The notes: a model not told the origin generated them from the sequence alone. DNA of 46,932 nt from Mycobacteriales bacterium (GCA_038255675.1 JBBSLB010000001.1:1-46932), one strand, 5' to 3'. Shown: positions 13,225 through 25,345, numbered from the stretch's first letter. A program made the numbers and translations.

Positions 13225-14327
13225 CGGCGCACGGCCGAGAGCACCAGGTCGGTCAGCGCCTCGTCGGCGTCGCGGTGGCCGAGCGCGGCCGCCGCCGCGC
13301 CCATGGCCGCCAGCCGGGGGCGGTCGGCGAGCAGCGGCAGGACGGTGTGGCGCAGGTAGGCGGCGTCGACGTCGCCGTCGGCGACCAGCAGCCCGCCGCC
13401 GCCCTCGACGACGGGGCGGGCGTTGAGCGCCTGCTCGCCGTTGCCGATGGGCAGCGGGACGTAGACGGCCGGCAGCCCGACGGCGGTCAGCTCGGCGCAG
13501 GTCATCGCGCCGGCCCGGCAGACAGCCAGGTCGGCAGCGGCGTAGGCGAGGTCCATCCGGTCGACGTACCCCAGCACGTGATGGGTCGGCAGGTCGACCT
13601 GGGCCTGCACGGCCTCGGCGTTCTTGGGGCCGGCCACGTGCAGGACCTGGACGCCCGCGGCGGCCAGGTCGGACGCAGCGCCGGTGACGGCGGCGTTGAT
13701 GTTGCGGGCGCCCTGCGAGCCGCCGGTCACCAGCAGCACCGGGCCGTCACCGGTCAGGCCGAAAGCGGCGCGGGCGCGGGCGCGCTCGGCGGCGCGGTCC
13801 AGCCGCGAGACGGCGGCGCGAAGCGGGATGCCGAGCACCAGCGCGCCGGACAGCCCGCTGCCCTCGACAGCCGCGGCGACGTGCGGCGTCAGCCGGGCGC
13901 CGACCCGGTTGGCGAGCCCGGCGCGGGCGTTGGCCTCGTGGACGACGAACGGGGTGCCGCGGCGGCGGGCGGCGAGATAGGCGGGCAGCGCGACGTAGCC
14001 GCCGAAGCCGACCACGACGTCGGCGGCCACCCGGTCGAGGTGGGCGCGGGTCTGCCGGACCGCGCCGGCCACCCGCCCGGGCACGCGCAGCAGGTCCAGC
14101 GTCGGGCGGCGAGGCAGCGGCACGCGCGCGATCTCGGCCAGCGCGTAGCCGCGGGCCGGTACGAGCCGGGCCTCGAGGCCGGTGGCCGTCCCCAGCGCGG
14201 TGACGACGATGGTGGGGTCCCGGCGCAGCAGCGCGTCAGCCAGCGCGAGGGCCGGCTCGACGTGCCCGGCGGTCCCGCCGCCGGCGACCAGCACCGACAG
14301 CGCGCGGGTCGACGGCACTGCGGTCAC
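13221..14327 (-). CDS. murG: undecaprenyldiphospho-muramoylpentapeptide beta-N-acetylglucosaminyltransferase
   Basis: [31 protein letters not shown] and [24 protein letters not shown] motifs. Confidence 0.95.
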
Positions 14328-15649
14328 CGCCGCCCGGGCGAGGTGCCGGCCCGGCCGGCGCTGGTGCGGGAGGCGCGGCCGGCGGTGCGCGGCACGGCGC
14401 GCGGCCGCTCGGCGGTGCGCGAGCGGATCGGGGTGGTCTCACCGCGCAGCCGCCCGCGCAGGGTCGGGCTCGCGGCCAGGGCCGCCGCCGCACCCGGCTC
14501 AAGTCGGGCGAAGGACAGCAGCATGCCGATGGCCACCATGGTGACGAGCAGAGCCGACCCGCCGAAGGAGACCAGCGGCAGCGGGATGCCGGTGATCGGC
14601 AGCAGGCCGACGACAGCACCCATGTTGATGATCGCCTGGCAGCCCAGCCAGGCGGTGATGCCGGAGGCGGCCAGGCGCACGAACGGGTCGTCGGTGCGCT
14701 CAGCGATCCGGATGCCGGAGTAGATGAGCACAGCGAACAGGCCGACCACGGTGAGCGTCCCGAGCAGGCCGAGCTCCTCGCCGATGATCGCGAAGACGTA
14801 GTCGGTGTGCGCCTCGGGCAGGCCGCCGGACCACTTCTCGCGGCTCGCACCCAGACCCAGCCCGAAGAATCCGCCGGAGGACAGCGCGTAGAAGCCCTGC
14901 ACCGCCTGGTAGCCGGTGTTCTCGGCGTCGGCGAACGGGTCGCGGAACGACAGCAACCGCTCGAGCCGGTGCGGGGTGGTGATGGCCAGGAAGGTCGCGC
15001 CCGAGACCAGGACGCCGACGAGCACGCCGAAGATGCGCAGCGGGGTGCCGACCACCCAGAGCAGCGCGATGACGACGGTGCAGATCGAGACGGCGGTGCC
15101 GAAGTCGGGCTGGAGCATCACCAGCAGGAGCACCAGGGCGGTGACCGGCACGAGCGGGACGAGCAGGTGGGCACGCCTGACGAGCAGCTTCTGCTTGCGC
15201 ACCAGCAGGTCGGCGCCCCACAGCACGAGCGCGAGCTTGGCCAGCTCAGCCGGCTGCAGGTTGAAGCCCAGGGGCAGCGGGATCCAGCTCCTGGCGCCGT
15301 TGACCTCGTTGCCGACCGACGGCACGAGCACGGCGACGAGCAGCACCAGCGACAGCACCAGCAGCGGGTAGGCGGCGGCCCGCCAGAACCGCACGGGCAG
15401 CCGCGAGGCGGCGAACATCAGCGGCAGTCCGAGCGAGATGAACGTCGCCTGCTTGATGCCGGTGGCGAACAGCGACCCGGTGGTGGCGTAGGAACGCAGG
15501 CTCGAGGCGGAGAAGACCATGATCAGGCCGAGCACGAGCAGCAGCAGCGTGCTCGCCAGCAGCAGGTGGTAGCTGGCCAGCGGCCGCTGCAGCAGCGGCG
15601 GACGCGGCTCCTGCGGCTCGGCCTCGGTGCGGTCGTCGACGGCGGTCAC
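14324..15649 (-). CDS. ftsW: SEDS-family lipid II flippase / peptidoglycan polymerase FtsW
   Basis: Polytopic membrane protein with the SEDS motifs [28 protein letters not shown] and [13 protein letters not shown]. Confidence 0.93.
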   Translation of the reverse strand: MTAVDDRTEAEPQEPRPPLLQRPLASYHLLLASTLLLLVLGLIMVFSASSLRSYATTGSLFATGIKQATFISLGLPLMFAASRLPVRFWRAAAYPLLVLSLVLLVAVLVPSVGNEVNGARSWIPLPLGFNLQPAELAKLALVLWGADLLVRKQKLLVRRAHLLVPLVPVTALVLLLVMLQPDFGTAVSICTVVIALLWVVGTPLRIFGVLVGVLVSGATFLAITTPHRLERLLSFRDPFADAENTGYQAVQGFYALSSGGFFGLGLGASREKWSGGLPEAHTDYVFAIIGEELGLLGTLTVVGLFAVLIYSGIRIAERTDDPFVRLAASGITAWLGCQAIINMGAVVGLLPITGIPLPLVSFGGSALLVTMVAIGMLLSFARLEPGAAAALAASPTLRGRLRGETTPIRSRTAERPRAVPRTAGRASRTSAGRAGTSPGRR

Positions 15650-17022
15650 TCCAGGCCACCCACGGCGGTCGCGAACAGCTCGCCGCGCTGGGCGTAGTCG
15701 CGAAAGCAGTCCATCGAGGCGGCGGCCGGGGCGAGGAGCACCGTGTCGCCGGGGCGGGCCAGGCCACGGGCGGCGGAGACGACGTCGAGCATGGCGCCAG
15801 TGTCGAGCCGCACCACCTCCACGACGGGGACATCCGGCGCGTGTCGCCGCAGCGCGTCGAGGAACGGCGCCCGGTCGGTGCCGAGCAGCACCACCCCGCG
15901 CAACCGCGGCGCGGCGGTGCGGACCAGCTCGTCCACCGCGGCGCCCTTGAGCAGCCCACCCGCCAGCCAGACCACCGACGGGTAGGCAGCCAGGCTCGCG
16001 GCGGCGGCGTGCGGGTTGGTCGCCTTGCTGTCATCGACCCAGGCCACGCCGGCGGTCGTGGCGACCAGCGCGTTGCGGTGCGCGTCGGGGGCGAAGGAGC
16101 GCAGCCCCTCGGCCACCGCCTCGGCCGGCACGCCGTACGACCGGGCGAGCGCGGCCGCCGCGAGCGCGTTGGCGACGTTGTGAGCGCCCGGGACCCGCAC
16201 GTCGGCCAGCGTCGCGAGGGCGGTCGCCTCCCCCGCGACGTCGGGGAAGGCGCGGTCGACGACCAGGTCCTCCACCACACCGACCTCGCCGGCCGCCGGG
16301 CTGCCGAGGGTGAAGCCGGCGCGGGCCGCCCCGCGCCGGACGGCCCGTTCGGCCAGGCGCACCGACTCCGCATCCTCGCGGTTGTAGACCGCGGTGGTGC
16401 GCGGCGTGTGGATGCGCCCCTTGGCCTGCACGTAGGCGTCGAACGAGCCGTGCCAGTCGACGTGGTCGGGGGCGACGTTGAGGACGACGGCGGTGTGCGG
16501 CTGCACCGTCGACGACCAGTGCAGCTGGAAGCTGCTCAGCTCCACCGCCAGCACGTCGTAGGGCTCGGCGGCCAGGACGGCGTCGAGCAGCGGCAGGCCG
16601 ACGTTGCCGGTGGCGACCGAGCGCCGCCCGGCGGCGGTGAGGACAGCGGCCAGCATGCGCACGGTCGTGGTCTTGCCGTTGGTGCCGGTGATCGCGAGCC
16701 AGGGGGCAGCGCCCGCGCCGCGCAGCCGCCAGGCCAGCTCGACCTCGCCGACGACCTCGATCCCGGCGGCGGCGCTGGCGACGAGCAGCGGCGCGTCGGG
16801 CCGCCAGCCGGGGCTGGTGACGACCAGTGCTGTGCCAGGCGGCGGCGCGTCGGTCGCGACGACGATCAGGCCCTGCGCGCGCAGCGGCTCGGCCCGCTCC
16901 TCGCTGACGTCGACGACCGTGACGCGGGCGCCGCGCTCGGCCAGGGCCCGCGCGGCGGCTGCTCCGCTGACGCCGGCGCCGGCCACGACGACCGGCATCC
17001 CCTGGAGGTCCAGCGCGGTCAT
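15646..17022 (-). CDS. murD: UDP-N-acetylmuramoylalanine--D-glutamate ligase
   Basis: ORF 15646..17361 trimmed to the ATG at 17022 (ATGA overlap with the mraY stop). [28 protein letters not shown]-terminus and [10 protein letters not shown]-loop. Confidence 0.94.
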   Translation of the reverse strand: MTALDLQGMPVVVAGAGVSGAAAARALAERGARVTVVDVSEERAEPLRAQGLIVVATDAPPPGTALVVTSPGWRPDAPLLVASAAAGIEVVGEVELAWRLRGAGAAPWLAITGTNGKTTTVRMLAAVLTAAGRRSVATGNVGLPLLDAVLAAEPYDVLAVELSSFQLHWSSTVQPHTAVVLNVAPDHVDWHGSFDAYVQAKGRIHTPRTTAVYNREDAESVRLAERAVRRGAARAGFTLGSPAAGEVGVVEDLVVDRAFPDVAGEATALATLADVRVPGAHNVANALAAAALARSYGVPAEAVAEGLRSFAPDAHRNALVATTAGVAWVDDSKATNPHAAAASLAAYPSVVWLAGGLLKGAAVDELVRTAAPRLRGVVLLGTDRAPFLDALRRHAPDVPVVEVVRLDTGAMLDVVSAARGLARPGDTVLLAPAAASMDCFRDYAQRGELFATAVGGLE

Positions 17023-18101
17023 GACCCGGAGATCGAGAGGTACTCGGCGTAGAAGACGCCGAGCCCGAACGCCACGGCCAGCCCGGCGATGATCCAGAAC
17101 CGGACGATGACGGTGTTCTCCACCCACCCGGCGAGCTCGAAGTGGTGATGGATCGGCGCCATGTTGAACACCCGCTTGCGGGTCAGCTTGAAGACGCCGA
17201 CCTGGACGATCACCGACAGCGTCTCGATCACGAACAGCCCGCCGAGCACGATGAGCAGCAGCTCGGTCTGGGTGACGATCGCGATGCCGGCGAAGGCGCC
17301 GCCAATGGCCAGCGAGCCGGTGTCGCCCATGAAGATCTTGGCCGGCGAGGCGTTCCACCACAGGAAGCCGAAGCAGGCGCCCATCGCCGAGGCGGCCACG
17401 AGCGCGATGTCGAGCGGGTCACGCGCGGTGTAGCAGCCGGCCAGCTCGGGCTGCAGCACGCAGGACTGCCGGAACTGCCAGAAGCCGATGACGACGTAGG
17501 ACCCAAAGACCATGATCGACGATCCGGCGGCCAGCCCGTCGAGCCCGTCGGTGAGGTTCACGGCGTTGGAGGTCGCGGTGATGACCAGGTAGGCGAAGAT
17601 GACGAAGCCCACGGTGCCGAGGCCGACCGCGGCGTAGTCGCGCACGAACGACAGCTGGGTCGAGGCGGGCGTCAGCCCGGCGCTGTTGCGGAACTGCAGC
17701 GCCGCCACCGCGAAGGCGATGCCGACGATCAGCTGTCCCAGGAACTTCGACGCGGCATTCAGGCCCAGCGAGCGCTGCTTGCGGATCTTGATGAAGTCGT
17801 CGAGGAAGCCGACCAGGCCGAGCCCGGTCATCAGCCCGAGCACGAGCAGCCCACTGGCGGTCGGTCCGCGACCGGGCTGGTTGGCGACGGCGAGGTGGGC
17901 CACGGCGTAGCCGATGAGGGTGGCGGTGATGATCACGGCCCCACCCATGGTCGGGGTGCCCCGCTTGGTGGCGTGGCTGCTCGGGCCGTCCTCACGGATC
18001 TCCTGGCCGTAGCCGCGCTTGCGGAACAGCCGCACCACCGCGGGCGTGCACAGCAGGGAGACCAGGAGCGCCGTCATCGCGGCGATCAGGACCGACCTCA
18101 C
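17019..18101 (-). CDS. mraY: phospho-N-acetylmuramoyl-pentapeptide transferase
   Basis: Polytopic membrane protein with [25 protein letters not shown] and [10 protein letters not shown] motifs. Confidence 0.96.
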   Translation of the reverse strand: MRSVLIAAMTALLVSLLCTPAVVRLFRKRGYGQEIREDGPSSHATKRGTPTMGGAVIITATLIGYAVAHLAVANQPGRGPTASGLLVLGLMTGLGLVGFLDDFIKIRKQRSLGLNAASKFLGQLIVGIAFAVAALQFRNSAGLTPASTQLSFVRDYAAVGLGTVGFVIFAYLVITATSNAVNLTDGLDGLAAGSSIMVFGSYVVIGFWQFRQSCVLQPELAGCYTARDPLDIALVAASAMGACFGFLWWNASPAKIFMGDTGSLAIGGAFAGIAIVTQTELLLIVLGGLFVIETLSVIVQVGVFKLTRKRVFNMAPIHHHFELAGWVENTVIVRFWIIAGLAVAFGLGVFYAEYLSISGS

Positions 18102-19492
18102 GACTGCACCACGGGTGCTGATCCTGGCGCACCGTCGGCCAGCAGGGCGGCAGCGACGCGCTCCAGCCCGACGCTGCGCGAGGCCTTGACGAGCACCACG
18201 TCGCCGGGCTCGAGCTGCTGCTGCAGCAGGGCGACGGCCGCGTCGACGTCGGGCACGTGGATCGACTCCGAGCCCCAGCTGCCCTCGAGGACCGCGCCGG
18301 CGTGGATGCCGCCGGCCGCCTCCCCCACGACGACGAGCTGGCCGATGTCGAGCCGGACGATGAACCGGCCGAGGTCCATGTGGGCCTCGCGGGCGTCCGC
18401 ACCGAGCTCGGCCATCAGACCGAGGACGGCGACGGTGCGGCGGGTCTTGCCGGCGCTCATGACGGCGAGGGTCTTCAGCGCGGCACGCATCGACTCGGGG
18501 TTGGCGTTGTAGGCGTCGTTGACGACGGTCACCCCGTCGGGGCGCTCGGTCACCTCCATCCGCCAGCGGCTAACGGGGGTGGCGGCCGACAGCAGTCCGG
18601 CGATCTGGGCGACGTCGTCGGTGACCCGGCCCAGGACGGTCGCCGCGACGGCGAGCGCGTTGTGCACGTGGTGCTCCCCCACGAGCTGCATCCGCACCGG
18701 CTCGCCCTGCAGCCGGAACGACGCCCGGCCCGCGTCGTCGAGCCGCACGTCGTCAGCCCGTACGTCGGCCTCCGGCGACAGCCCGTACGTGGTGCAGGGC
18801 CGCTCGGTCCGCGACCGCATCGCCAGGACGTACGGGTCGTCGGCGTTGAGCACGACGGCTGAGCGGGCGGCCTCGACGAGCTCGCCCTTGGCGCGGGCGA
18901 TCCCCGCGCGGTCGCCGAACTCGCCCAGGTGGGCCGAGCCGACGTTGAGCACGACCGCGACGTGGGGAGGCACGAGCCCGCAGAGGAAGGCGATGTGGCC
19001 CACGCCGCGGGCGGAGTACTCCAGCGCACTGAAGCGCGTCGTGGCCGTGCGGCGCAAGGCGGTCAGCGGCAGCCCGAGCTCGTTGTTGTAGCTGCCCTGC
19101 GGGGCGAGCGTCTCGCCGAAGGCGCGCAGCACCTGCGCGAGCAGGTCCTTGGTGGAGGTCTTGCCGTTGCTGCCGGTGATGCCGAGCACGAGCGGTTCGG
19201 GCTCGAGGGCGTGGACCGCCGTCGCGAGCGCCTGCAGCGCGGCGATCGGGTCGGGCACGACCAGGCACGGCACGCCGTCGATTGGCCGGCTCGTCACCGC
19301 GGCCACGGCCCCGGCGCGCAGGGCCGCGGCGGCGTGGTCGTGGCCGTCGACCCGCTCCCCCGGCAGGGCGAAGAACAGCCCGCCGGGACCGACGAGCCGG
19401 CTGTCGACCTCCACGGCGGCGGTGACCCGCCCGTCGATCGGCGCCGTGGTGCCGATCAGCCGGGCGACCTCGGCGAGCTCGAGCTCGATCAC
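18098..19492 (-). CDS. murF: UDP-N-acetylmuramoyl-tripeptide--D-alanyl-D-alanine ligase
   Basis: [13 protein letters not shown]-loop, [11 protein letters not shown] motif. Operon position between murE and mraY. Confidence 0.94.
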   Translation of the reverse strand: MIELELAEVARLIGTTAPIDGRVTAAVEVDSRLVGPGGLFFALPGERVDGHDHAAAALRAGAVAAVTSRPIDGVPCLVVPDPIAALQALATAVHALEPEPLVLGITGSNGKTSTKDLLAQVLRAFGETLAPQGSYNNELGLPLTALRRTATTRFSALEYSARGVGHIAFLCGLVPPHVAVVLNVGSAHLGEFGDRAGIARAKGELVEAARSAVVLNADDPYVLAMRSRTERPCTTYGLSPEADVRADDVRLDDAGRASFRLQGEPVRMQLVGEHHVHNALAVAATVLGRVTDDVAQIAGLLSAATPVSRWRMEVTERPDGVTVVNDAYNANPESMRAALKTLAVMSAGKTRRTVAVLGLMAELGADAREAHMDLGRFIVRLDIGQLVVVGEAAGGIHAGAVLEGSWGSESIHVPDVDAAVALLQQQLEPGDVVLVKASRSVGLERVAAALLADGAPGSAPVVQS

Positions 19493-20982
19493 GCCATGAC
19501 CTCGCGCAGCACGTCGCGGTCGTCGAAGGGCGTGACGATGCCGGCGACCTCCTGGCCGGACTCGTGACCCTTGCCGGCGACGACGACGGCGTCGCCCGGG
19601 CCGGCCAGCGAGACGGCGCGCGCGATGGCCGCCCGGCGGTCGACCTCGCGCAGCGCATCGGGTGCGCCGGACGCCATCTCGGCCAGGATCGCCTCCGGGT
19701 CCTCGCTGCGCGGGTTGTCGCTGGTGAGCACGGCGACGTCGGCCCCGGCGGCGGCCGCCCGGCCCATCGCGGGGCGCTTGGCGCGGTCGCGGTCGCCGCC
19801 GCAGCCGAGGACGACGACGACCTTGCCGGGGGTGACGGCCCGGACGGCGTCGAGCAGCCGCTGGACGGCATCGGGGGTGTGGGCGTAGTCGACGACGGCC
19901 AGGAACGGCTGGCCGACGTCGACCCGCTCCATCCGGCCGGGCACCCCGGCCAGCCCCGCCACGCCACGGACGGCGTCGTCGGCCGGCACACCGGCCTGGA
20001 TGAGCGCGGCGAGCGCGACGAGGGCGTTGGAGACGTTGAACGCGCCCGGCAGGCGCACCCCGGCAGGCAGGTCGACGCCGGGACCGAGCAGGCGGAAGCG
20101 GCTGCCGTCCGCGCGCAGGTCGACCTCGCGGGCCTGCCAGTCGGCGTCCTCCCCCACGGTGGTGAGTGGCAGGGGCGTGTCACGGGCGATCCGCCGGCCG
20201 GCCGGGTCGTCGACGTTGACGACGGCGCGGCGGGCCCGCGCCGGGGTGAACAGCGACGCCTTGACGGCTTCGTACTCCTGCATCGTGGGATGGAAGTCGA
20301 GGTGGTCCTGGGAGAGGTTGGTGAACGCGGCGACGTCGAAGACCACGCCGTCGACCCGGCCGAGCGCGAGAGCGTGGCTGCTGACCTCCATCGCGACGGC
20401 GGTGGTGCCGCGCTCGCGCATGACGGCGAGCAGCGACTGCAGGTCCGGCGCCTCGGGAGTGGTGCGCACGCTGGGAACGACGTCCTCGCCGATGCGGGTC
20501 AGCACGGTGCCGAGCAGCCCGGTCGCCCGGCCGGCGGCCCGCAGCCCGGCCTCGAGCAGGAAGGCGGTGGTGGTCTTGCCGTTGGTGCCGGTGATGCCGA
20601 GCACGGTCATGCCGGCGGCCGGGTCGCCGTGCACCCAGCGGGCGACCTCACCGAGCATCGCGCGCGGGTCGTCGGCGACGAGCACCGGCACGCCGTGACC
20701 GGCGCACTGCTGCGCGCCGGCCGGGTCGGTGAGGAAGCCGGCAGCGCCCGCGTGCGCCGCGGCGGCGGCGAAGTCGGCCCCGTGGACCCGGGAGCCGGGC
20801 AGCGCCGCGTAGAGGTCTCCGGGCTGGACGGCGCGGGAGTCCAGGGTGCAGCCGGTGACGACCGCCCCGGCCAGCGGGCGGTCGGGGCGCAGACCGGGCA
20901 GTCGCTCGTGCAGTCCGCTCAGCAGGCGGGCAGCGGGGCTCGCGGGACGCAGGGTGCGGACCGCGCCGGGGGTCGCGGGCAC
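19489..20982 (-). CDS. murE: UDP-N-acetylmuramoyl-L-alanyl-D-glutamate--2,6-diaminopimelate ligase
   Basis: [14 protein letters not shown]-loop, VVDYAHTPDA, and GCGGDRDRAKRPAMG (DNPR context TSDNPRSEDP). Confidence 0.94.
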   Translation of the reverse strand: MPATPGAVRTLRPASPAARLLSGLHERLPGLRPDRPLAGAVVTGCTLDSRAVQPGDLYAALPGSRVHGADFAAAAAHAGAAGFLTDPAGAQQCAGHGVPVLVADDPRAMLGEVARWVHGDPAAGMTVLGITGTNGKTTTAFLLEAGLRAAGRATGLLGTVLTRIGEDVVPSVRTTPEAPDLQSLLAVMRERGTTAVAMEVSSHALALGRVDGVVFDVAAFTNLSQDHLDFHPTMQEYEAVKASLFTPARARRAVVNVDDPAGRRIARDTPLPLTTVGEDADWQAREVDLRADGSRFRLLGPGVDLPAGVRLPGAFNVSNALVALAALIQAGVPADDAVRGVAGLAGVPGRMERVDVGQPFLAVVDYAHTPDAVQRLLDAVRAVTPGKVVVVLGCGGDRDRAKRPAMGRAAAAGADVAVLTSDNPRSEDPEAILAEMASGAPDALREVDRRAAIARAVSLAGPGDAVVVAGKGHESGQEVAGIVTPFDDRDVLREVMA

Positions 20983-20991
20983 GGTCCCAGG

Positions 20992-22985
20992 CTACTGGGG
21001 GTCGTCGGCGCGCAGCCGCAGCACCGGGGACGGCGCACCGGTCGGCGGCACCTCCATGCTCCGCAGCGCGAAGCTCATGATGTCGCGGAACGGCGGTCCC
21101 GCGACGGCGCCGCCGTAGTAGCCGTTCTTGGGCGCCTGGATCGAGATGGACAGGGCCAGCCGGGGGGCGTCGGCGGGCGCGAAGCCGACGAAGCTCGCCG
21201 TGTAGCTGCCGTCGTAGCGGCCGTCGACGACGCGCTGGGCGGTGCCGGTCTTGCCCGCGACGCGGTAGCCCGGGATGGCAGCGGTCTTCGCGGTGCCGCC
21301 CTCGTTGGTGACGCCCTCGAGCATGCCGCGCAGCTGGGCGGCCACCTCCGGGCTCAGGACGCGTACGGGCTCCTTGGCGGGGGCCGGAACAACGGCGCCG
21401 TCGTAGTCGGTCGTGGAGCGCAGAACCGTCGGCGGCATGCGCACCCCGCCATTGGCGATGGTGGCGTAGACCGAGGCCATCTGGACGCCGTTGACGGAGT
21501 AGCCCTGGCCGATCGGGTGGGTGCCGTAGTCGGTGCCGGACCACTCGTCCTTCTCGTCGCGCAGGATGCCGCGGCTCTCCGCAGGCAGCTCGATCCCGGT
21601 CTTCTGCCCGATGCCGAAGCGGCCGAGCATCTCGTGCAGCTTCGCGCCGCCGACCTTCTCCGAGGCCATGATCGTGCCGACGTTGCTGGACTCGACGAGC
21701 ACACCGGTGAGCGTCATCTGCTCGACGGGGTGGCTGTGGGAGTCCTTGAAGGTCTTGTTGGACAGGCGGTACTGGTCCGGGACGGCCATCACGCTGTCCG
21801 GGGTCATCACGCCGTCCTCGAGGACGGCCGCGATCGTCATGGCCTTGCCGGTCGAGCCGGGCTCGAAGACGTCCGAGACGGCCCGGTTGCCACGGATCGC
21901 CCCATCGGCCTTGCCCGGCTCGTTCGCGTCGAACGTCGGTACGGAGGCCAGCGCCAGCACCTCGCCGGTCTGCACGTCCAGCAGGGTGGCGCTGCCGCTC
22001 TCGGCGTCGGACTCGGCCAGGGTCCGCATCAGGACCTCCTGGGCGTACCACTGCAGATCGCGGTCGATCGTGAGCTGGACGTCGCGCCCGGGGACCGGGT
22101 CGGTCGTCTCGGTGTAGCCGTTGGGGATCACCCGGCCGCCGCCGTCGACCTCGGCGGTGCGCTTGCCGAGCTTGCCGGCCAGCACCTGGTCGAACTGCAT
22201 CTCGATGCCGGCGGTGCCGTCGCCCTCGACGGTGGTGAAGCCCAGGACGTTGGCGGCCAGCTCGCCTCCGGGGGCGACCCGGCGCGGCTCCGCGACGGTG
22301 CCGATGCCGGGCAGGCCGAGCGCGCGCACCTGGTTGGCCTGCTCGGCCTCGAGCCCGCGGGCGAGGTAGGCAAAGCCCTTGCAGCCGGTGAGGTTGTCCT
22401 TGTCGCACTCAGCACCGGTCGACTTGGGCGTCAGCGACAGCTGCGCCTCCAGCTCGTCGGCGGGCAGGTCGAGCACCGGGGCGAGCGCCCGGGCGATGCC
22501 AGCCGGGTCGCACGGCACGGTCGCTGTGGGCGAGCAGCTGCCCTTGGCGATGGTGCGCGGCTCGCCGTAGACGGCGCGCGCGTCGACCGACAGCGCCAGC
22601 ACCTGGCCGCGGCGATCGCTGACCGACCCGCGCGGAGCGGCGAGGTTGACCGTGGACAGCCGCTGCTTGCTGGCCTCGGAGGCGTACGCCTCGGCCTGGA
22701 AGCCCTGCAGCCAGACCAGCCGGCCGCCGATGAGCGAGAGCATGATCAGGACGGCCAGCAGGCCGCCCTGCAGGCGTACGGGCGGCCGGCCCAGGCTGAC
22801 GTTGCGCGCGGGCGGCCGAGCGGCGGGGCGGCCGGCCGGACGTGGCGCGCCGGACCGCGGGGCCGAGCTGCCTGGGGCGGGAGCGCGGGCGGCGGGGCCG
22901 CGGGGAGCCGTGCGCCGCGGCACCGGGCTCCCCTCACGACCGGCGGGCCGGGGCGTACGGGGGTCGCGAGGGTCGCGGGGCGGGG

Positions 22986-22989
<4 letters not shown>
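20992..22989 (-). CDS. ftsI: class B penicillin-binding protein (FtsI/PBP3-type transpeptidase)
   Basis: Basic Pro-rich N-terminus, one TM (LLAVLIMLSLIGG). Transpeptidase motifs STGK (EPGSTGKAM), SSN (VESSNVG) and KTG (AGKTGTAQ). The GTG start overlaps the ftsL stop (GTGA). Confidence 0.93.
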
Positions 22990-23482
<493 letters not shown>

Positions 23483-23486
<4 letters not shown>

Positions 23487-24445
23487 GCGGCACGCACCCT
23501 TTCTGCCGCGCGCAGGCGCACCGACGCCGCGCGGGGGTTGGCGGCGATCTCGTCGGCAGGCGCCTTGCCGGCGCCCTGGACGAGCAGGCGGAGCTCGGAG
23601 ACGGCTCCCTCGGGCACGAACGGCAGGTCTACCGGCACGGTCGAGGCCGAGCGGGCGACGAGCTCTGACTTCACGATCTTGTCCTCGAGCGACTGGTAGG
23701 ACAGGACGACCAGCCGGCCGCCCACGCAGAGGGTGGCGATAGATGCGGGAATTGCGCGTCGCAACACGCCGAGTTCGTCGTTCACTTCGATCCGCAGCGC
23801 CTGGAAGGTCCGTTTGGCGGGGTGTCCGCCCGTGCGTCGCGTTGCGGCCGGGATTGCCGTGCGGACGAGCTCGGCGAGCCGGGCGGTGCCGGTGAACGGC
23901 TCGCGGGCGCGCTCACGGACGATCGCATCGGCGATCCGTGAGGCGAAGCGCTCCTCGCCGTACTCCTTGAGGACCTTGGCAAGGGCCTTGCCGTCGTAGC
24001 TGTTGACGACGTCGGCGGCCGTGGCGCCGCGGGTGGGGTCCATCCGCATGTCCAACGGCGCGTCCTGGGCGTAGGCGAAGCCGCGCGCGGCCTCGTCGAG
24101 CTGCAGCGAGCTCACGCCCAGGTCGAACAGCACCCCCTGGACGCAGCCCAGACCGAGCTCGGCCAGCACCTGCGGGAGCTCGTCGTACACCGCGTGGACA
24201 AGGGTGGTGCGCCCGGCGAAGGGGGCGAGCCGGTCGCTGCTGCGGCGCAGCGCCTCGGGGTCGCGGTCCAGGCCGACCAGCCGGCAGTCCGGCACCGCGC
24301 GCAGCAGCGCCTCGGCGTGACCGCCCATGCCGAGGGTGCAGTCCACGACCACGGCGCCCGGCTCGGTGAGCGCGGGGGCCAGCAGCCCGACGCAGCGCTC
24401 GAGCAGGACGGGGACGTGCGCAGGCTCTGCGGCCGGGGTGGTCAC
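23483..24445 (-). CDS. rsmH: 16S rRNA (cytosine1402-N4)-methyltransferase
   Basis: [28 protein letters not shown] and [12 protein letters not shown] motifs. ORF 23483..24520 trimmed to the GTG at 24445, because a different frame carries the coding signal upstream of it. The start is therefore tentative. Confidence 0.9.
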
Positions 24446-24452
24446 GGCGGGC

Positions 24453-24611
24453 TCAGGACAGCGCGGTGAGCGCGGCCTGGGCGACGGTGGTGATGCCCAT
24501 GGTGACGCCGACGGCCACACCGAGCAGGACCAGGCTCTCGCGCAGCTCGGCGCCCAGGCTCGGGCCGGGCGGAGGTACGGGCGGGGCGTCCTGCAGCGTT
24601 GACGTGTCCAT
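24453..24611 (-). CDS. unannotated small ORF (52 aa), predicted single-pass membrane peptide
   Basis: Not in the ORF track (too short). It reads ATG GAC ACG ... CTG TCC TGA and encodes [52 protein letters not shown]. 48 of 52 codons end in G or C, versus about 65 percent in the overlapping rsmH-extension frame. GAGAGG lies 7-8 nt upstream of the ATG. The stop is 7 nt before the rsmH GTG. Confidence 0.5.
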   Translation of the reverse strand: MDTSTLQDAPPVPPPGPSLGAELRESLVLLGVAVGVTMGITTVAQAALTALS

Positions 24612-24833
24612 CTCTCGACCTCTCAGGTGGAACGGGCGGCTGGTCGACCGGGCTCGCGGACCCGGTCGGGCGGGGCGGGGTGGTGCGTGTCGGGCAGGGG
24701 TGTGGAGACGTGGCAGGCGGGAGTCCGGTGCTGCGGCCCTCCCGCCAGGTCCCCACCCGCTCGCCCCGCCTGGCGCCGGGGAAGGTGCGCCAGGTGAGGG
24801 AGCGGGAGGAGACCTCGTGGGAGGGGAGCCGCG

Positions 24834-25253
24834 TCAGGAGGTGAGAGCGACCTCCTCCTGCTCCGCGAAGGCCTGCTCCTGGGCGGCCTCGTAGGCGCGC
24901 CAGGTCTCGGCGTCCCAGATCTCGAGGTGGGTGTTGGCGCCGATGACGACGCAGTCGCGGGTCAGACCGGCGTAGGTGCGCAGGCCCGCCGGGACGGTGA
25001 CCCGGCCCGTGCGGTCAGGTGTCTCGTCAAAGGCGCTGGCGAAGAAGATGCGGCTGTAGTCACGGGCCGACTTGGTCGTCGGCTCCTCACGGGAGGCGGC
25101 CTTGGCCGCGAAGGCGTCAGCGGTGAAGACGAACAGGCAGCGCTCCTGCCCCTTCGTGATCACGACTCCCTCCGCCAGCTGCTCCCTGAACTTGGCCGGC
25201 AGGATCAGCCGGCCCTTGTCGTCGAGCCGCGGGGTGTGGGTGCCGAGGAACAC
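24834..25253 (-). CDS. mraZ: transcriptional regulator MraZ
   Basis: [26 protein letters not shown] plus a second SpoVT/AbrB-like repeat [21 protein letters not shown] start preceded by GGGAGG. Confidence 0.95.
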   Translation of the reverse strand: MFLGTHTPRLDDKGRLILPAKFREQLAEGVVITKGQERCLFVFTADAFAAKAASREEPTTKSARDYSRIFFASAFDETPDRTGRVTVPAGLRTYAGLTRDCVVIGANTHLEIWDAETWRAYEAAQEQAFAEQEEVALTS

Positions 25254-25312
25254 GGCTCACACCTCCCGGATCGTCGTGCTTGCGCGGTCTCGGGAGCCCT
25301 TCTGCTCCTCGA

Positions 25313-25345
25313 TCCCCCACGCTACTCCACTTTCCCCCATCGTCA
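25313..25345 (-). promoter_or_regulatory. candidate Pmra promoter overlapped by three GTGGG-type direct repeats (putative MraZ operator)
   Basis: On the mraZ strand the sequence reads TTGACG-ATGGGGGAAA-GTGGAGTAGC-GTGGGGGATC. The repeats end at 25339, 25329 and 25319, an exact 10-bp period. A -35-like TTGACG (25340..25345) and a -10-like TAGCGT (25318..25323) are separated by 16 nt, about 60 nt upstream of the mraZ GTG. Confidence 0.55.

Noticed and set aside
17023-17361. Upstream extensions of MurD (to 17361), CbiX (to 41677), MoxR (from 25280), DUF3040 (to 31422), FtsZ (to 9943), DnaE2 (to 38920) and the Rrf2 regulator (from 45682)
   Set aside because: The extensions overlap neighbouring genes or are Arg/Pro-rich junk. 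In each case an internal ATG, GTG or TTG gives the canonical family N-terminus, usually with an SD or a 4-nt overlap with the upstream stop.
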